Shown here one piece after another: positions 47,932-51,206 of a DNA stretch of 51,206 bases. The position numbers were made by a program, and so were the translations under genes. Below the pieces are notes generated by a model, which had not been told where the DNA came from, searched no databases, and worked only from the letters and a program-made list of their open reading frames with translations. Position 1 is the stretch's first letter. Every line of letters starts with the position of its first letter. This DNA is from an uncultured Clostridia bacterium (GTDB lineage: Bacteria > Bacillota > Clostridia > Oscillospirales > CAG-272), in contig CAJGCD010000001.1 of NCBI GenBank assembly GCA_904501715.1, positions 1 through 51,206 on the forward strand, read 5' to 3'.

Positions 47932-47950
47932 TGATATCAAAATGATATCA
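47932..47950. promoter_or_regulatory. Two copies of the 8-bp palindrome TGATATCA separated by 3 nt, overlapping the -10/+1 region of the ABC operon promoter (candidate operator)
   Basis: TGATATCA at 47932-47939 and again at 47943-47950. Confidence 0.4.
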
Positions 47951-47970
47951 TATTTCATAAGCTTTGTCAA
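47942..47970 (-). promoter_or_regulatory. SigA-type promoter for the ABC exporter operon
   Basis: Minus strand: TTGACA (47970-47965), 17 nt, then TGATATCAT (extended -10). Confidence 0.5.
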
Positions 47971-47979
47971 GTACTTTTG

Positions 47980-48012
47980 TAAAAAAATGCCGTTGCGCAA
48001 CTGCGCAACGGC
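47980..48012 (-). terminator. Rho-independent terminator after the EIIC-like gene
   Basis: Stem GCCGTTGCG / CGCAACGGC with a 6-nt loop, then T7 on the minus strand. Confidence 0.75.
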
Positions 48013-48017
48013 TTACA

Positions 48018-49136
48018 TTAAGATTCTAACTGCATATCGCCCGTCTTTATCCATCCGAGCTTACGCATTATTTCATTGAAAATTATGGAGAATATAGCGG
48101 GAAGAACTACACATACAAGCGCAAGTCCAATCCACATCATAGTGCCGGGCTCGGTAGAGTCGATAACTCCTATGGGTCCAACCAAGCCGCAGGTTCCCAT
48201 GCCTGCCGCTACTCCCTGACATTTAAGCTTGAATATCATAGTGGATATAGGTCCCGTAAGTGCCGCAGCCAAGGTGGGGGCAACCCAAATTACAGGCTTC
48301 TTTACTATATTGCCCATCTGAAGCATAGAGGTTCCAAGACCTTGGGAAACTATACCGCCCCAACGGTTCTCACGGAAGCTTATAACCGCAAAGCCTACCA
48401 TCTGCGCGCAGCATCCCGCCACGCAAGCACCACCCGCCAGAAGGAAGCCCTCAGCAGTGCCGTTGGTAAGCGCTACCGCGTACGCAGCCTCGGAGAATAT
48501 CATAGCGCATATAGCCGCGCTGGATATGGGAAGCGTAAGCACCACACCCATGACCACCGACAGAACGATACCCATAAGCAAGGGCTGGAAGGTGGTAGCG
48601 TAGGACACGAAGCTTCCGAGATAATACATAACGTAAGAAACCAAGGGACAGAGCAGCCAGCTTGCCGCAAAGCCGATAACAAGAGTTACCACGGGGGTAA
48701 CGAGAATATCAACCTTGGTCTTTTTAGAAACCAGCTGACCTATCTCACAGGCGATTATAACCGCAAAGAACGCTCCCGCGGGTCCTGCCGCATAGAAGAC
48801 GCCCGAGCCGTCACCCACAGTTGCCGCCCATTTAATAACGCTGCCACCCTGATTTGCAATTATAGCACCCATTGCGTTTGACATAGCGCCTACCGCCGCG
48901 CAGGAGAACATTACCAGAGGGTGCGCCCCCAGTCTATGAGCTATGGCAACGCCTATTGCCATACCCGTTGCCGCCTTAGCGTATGTAGCTATGGTGTTAA
49001 GAAGCTCAAGCTCGGTGTACTTATAGAGCGTACCGAAAATCGTTCCGATAAGAAGTGACGCGAAAAGTCCCAAAGCCATAGCCCCCATTGCGTCAATAAA
49101 ATACCGATGCAAATATTTTTTGATTGTTTCCTTCAT
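48018..49136 (-). CDS. PTS EIIC-like permease (PTS_EIIC_2-type), orphan
   Basis: 372-aa polytopic protein. The N-terminus KKYLHRYFIDAMGAMALGLFASLLIGTI is as I remember for this family. No EIIA, EIIB or EI gene lies nearby. Confidence 0.5.
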   Translation of the reverse strand: MKETIKKYLHRYFIDAMGAMALGLFASLLIGTIFGTLYKYTELELLNTIATYAKAATGMAIGVAIAHRLGAHPLVMFSCAAVGAMSNAMGAIIANQGGSVIKWAATVGDGSGVFYAAGPAGAFFAVIIACEIGQLVSKKTKVDILVTPVVTLVIGFAASWLLCPLVSYVMYYLGSFVSYATTFQPLLMGIVLSVVMGVVLTLPISSAAICAMIFSEAAYAVALTNGTAEGFLLAGGACVAGCCAQMVGFAVISFRENRWGGIVSQGLGTSMLQMGNIVKKPVIWVAPTLAAALTGPISTMIFKLKCQGVAAGMGTCGLVGPIGVIDSTEPGTMMWIGLALVCVVLPAIFSIIFNEIMRKLGWIKTGDMQLES

Positions 49137-49304
49137 CTTATGATCCTCCTTTTTTAATAGATCCGAATTTTATTGGGACTATTATAGCACTAGCGATAAA
49201 TAATTTCAAGATAAATTTTCAACATTTTTTACCGCTATGAAAAAAGCATATAAAACAAATTGCACAAAAAACGACCTGATACGCTATAAAAGCCTTGTTC
49301 TCTA

Positions 49305-49333
49305 TTGACTTTTTTTGTCTCCTGCGATATAAT
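49305..49333 (+). promoter_or_regulatory. Consensus SigA promoter of the aconitase-family gene
   Basis: TTGACT (49305-49310), 17 nt, then TATAAT (49328-49333). RBS AAGGAG lies at 49358. Confidence 0.6.
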
Positions 49334-49370
49334 ATAAGGTAGCGTATTGTTTTTAACAAGGAGTACAAAA

Positions 49371-51206
49371 ATGATAAAACTTACAGAACACGGCGTTTTT
49401 CTTGAAAACGGAAAAATTTCCTCTTCCTCAAGCGTAAGCGCACAAGAAGCAAGAAAGGGCACTATCGCTTATTCAATACTCAGCTCCCACAACGTAGCCG
49501 CGGACGACTCGGCTCTGCGTATAAAATTTGACGCGCTGGTATCTCACGATATAACCTACGTGGGAATAATCCAGACCGCAAGAGCCAGCGGAATGAAGGA
49601 ATTCCCCATTCCCTACGCTATGACCAACTGCCACAACTCCCTTTGCGCGGTAGGCGGAACAATCAACGAGGATGACCACGTTTTCGGTCTTTCTGCCGCT
49701 AAAAAATACGGAGGAATATACGTTCCCGCAAACCAGAGCGTTATCCATTCCTATGCCCGTGAGGAGCTTGCTGGTTGCGGCAAGATGATTCTCGGCTCGG
49801 ATTCCCATACACGCTACGGCGCTCTTGGTACTATGGGCGTTGGCGAGGGCGGTCCTGAGCTTGTAAAGCAGCTTTTGAAAAACACTTACGATATAAAGGC
49901 ACCCGAGATAGTTCTGGTTTATCTTACGGGAACACCCAAGAAGGGTATCGGTCCTCACGACGTAGCTATTGCTCTGGTGGGCGCTACCTTTAAGAACGGA
50001 TTTGTCAAGAACAAGGTCCTCGAGTTCGTAGGTCCGGGTGTTAAAAATCTTCCTATTGACTTCCGTAACGGCATCGACGTTATGACCACCGAGACCACCT
50101 GTCTGTCCTCTATCTGGGAAACAGACGAGGTTACCGAGAAGCACTACGTAGCGCACGGCAGACCCGAGGATTACAAGCGCCTTGCTCCCGCTGACATAGC
50201 GTACTACGATTCTATGATAGAGATAGACCTCTCAGCTATGGAATCAATGATAGCGCTTCCCTTCCACCCCTCAAACGCATATACCATTCACGAATTTGTT
50301 GCCAACGCAAAGGAAATTCTCGCCGAGGTAGAGGCAGAAGCTAAAAAGAAATTCGGCAAGTGCAATCTTGACCTTTGCTCCAAGGCAAAGGCTGACGGCA
50401 CCGTAATGGCTGACCAAGGCATCATCGCGGGCTGTGCAGGCGGTATGTTTGACAGCATAGACGAGGCTGCGGCAATTCTTCACAACCAGAGCACAGGAAA
50501 CGGATACTTCTCGCTGTCGGTATATCCCACAAGCGTCCCCGTATCCCTTGAGCTTACAAAGATTGGCGTTACTGCCGACCTGCTCTCCGCTGGTGCCGTA
50601 ATCAAGCCCTCCTTCTGCGGTCCTTGCTTTGGCGCAGGGGACGTTCCCGCCAACAACGGTCTTTCTCTCCGTCACACCACACGTAACTTCCCCAACCGCG
50701 AGGGCTCGAAGCCCGGCGAGGGTCAGCTTTCGGGCGTTGCGCTGATGGATGCCAGAAGCATTGCCGCTACCGCGCGTAACGGCGGTGTTATCACAGCGGC
50801 TACCGACGTTGATTACGATTACACTCCCCACGACTATAATTTTGACAGCAGCGTATATAAAAAGCGTGTTTACTACGGCTACGGAAAGGCTGACCCCTCG
50901 GTGGAGCTTATTCTCGGTCCTAACATAACCGATTGGCCCGCGCAGTACGAGCTTGCGGACAATCTTCTCGTTAAGCTTGCGGCTGTAATCCGTGACCCCG
51001 TTACCACCACCGACGAGCTTATCCCCTCGGGCGAGACCTCGTCCTACCGCTCCAACCCTCTCCGCCTTGCGGAGTTTGCCCTCTCCCGCCGCGTTCCCGA
51101 ATACGTTGGACGCTCTAAAGCGGTTGCAAGCACTGAGGCGGCTCGCAGAAACGGAGAAAATCCCGCTGAGCTTGTAAAGGTTCTTGCAACCGTTGGCAAC
51201 GCGGAG
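49371..51206 (+). CDS. Aconitase-family [4Fe-4S] hydratase (aconitate hydratase-like), 5' portion (612 codons) running off the right edge
   Basis: This gene is absent from the ORF track because it has no stop codon in the window. My translation reads [10 protein letters not shown]...[23 protein letters not shown]...IIAGCAGG...[11 protein letters not shown]...[12 protein letters not shown], and is open to base 51206. The track's minus-strand ORFs 49473-50156 and 50271-50831 are its antisense shadows. Confidence 0.85.
   Translation, partial: MIKLTEHGVFLENGKISSSSSVSAQEARKGTIAYSILSSHNVAADDSALRIKFDALVSHDITYVGIIQTARASGMKEFPIPYAMTNCHNSLCAVGGTINEDDHVFGLSAAKKYGGIYVPANQSVIHSYAREELAGCGKMILGSDSHTRYGALGTMGVGEGGPELVKQLLKNTYDIKAPEIVLVYLTGTPKKGIGPHDVAIALVGATFKNGFVKNKVLEFVGPGVKNLPIDFRNGIDVMTTETTCLSSIWETDEVTEKHYVAHGRPEDYKRLAPADIAYYDSMIEIDLSAMESMIALPFHPSNAYTIHEFVANAKEILAEVEAEAKKKFGKCNLDLCSKAKADGTVMADQGIIAGCAGGMFDSIDEAAAILHNQSTGNGYFSLSVYPTSVPVSLELTKIGVTADLLSAGAVIKPSFCGPCFGAGDVPANNGLSLRHTTRNFPNREGSKPGEGQLSGVALMDARSIAATARNGGVITAATDVDYDYTPHDYNFDSSVYKKRVYYGYGKADPSVELILGPNITDWPAQYELADNLLVKLAAVIRDPVTTTDELIPSGETSSYRSNPLRLAEFALSRRVPEYVGRSKAVASTEAARRNGENPAELVKVLATVGNAE

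Noticed and set aside
49473-50831. Two minus-strand ORFs (227 aa and 186 aa) listed by the track at the right end.
   Set aside because: They are antisense to an uninterrupted plus-strand aconitase-family reading frame (49371 to the window end) that has a consensus promoter and RBS. The track omitted that gene only because it has no stop codon in the window.

Overview
This 51.2-kb chromosomal segment has the gene content and expression signals of a strictly anaerobic Firmicute, probably Clostridia (Oscillospiraceae/Ruminococcaceae-like). The taxon cannot be fixed from sequence alone. It holds about 45 densely packed protein genes with GGAGG-type ribosome-binding sites, several textbook TTGACA-17-TATAAT promoters and many hairpin plus T-run terminators. 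I saw no rRNA, tRNA, CRISPR array, transposase, integrase, phage gene or recognisable defence system. From left to right: (1) A minus-strand carbohydrate locus (421-10031) with two signal-peptide-less glycoside-hydrolase-like proteins, a DUF5107-TPR protein and an AraC regulator. Upstream of these, in its own transcription unit, sits an unusually short, motif-divergent glycyl radical enzyme (GRE) overlapping its activase. This is my best candidate for undescribed biology. (2) A GDPD phosphodiesterase, ygjV-azlCD, a frameshifted GH2 beta-galactosidase, an unknown polytopic membrane protein and putP. (3) An AraC regulator divergent from a 1112-aa LamG / metallophosphoesterase / GLUG-repeat surface protein. 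(4) A complete rnfCDGEAB operon extended by a NusG-II protein, a Gx transporter, a membrane-anchored tandem FMN_bind-like protein with a non-canonical motif, ApbE and a PAP2 phosphatase. (5) Housekeeping and envelope genes: lipid kinase, LRR lipoprotein, DUF1385, ogg, DUF6062, mnmM, VanY-like peptidase, glmS without a ribozyme, rodA/ftsW, proS without a T-box, tagA, a Crh-like HPr paralog, TVP38, an ABC-2 exporter and an orphan EIIC. An aconitase-family gene runs off the right edge; the ORF track missed it and shows only its antisense shadows. All family calls rest on motif recognition by eye, and no database search was run.
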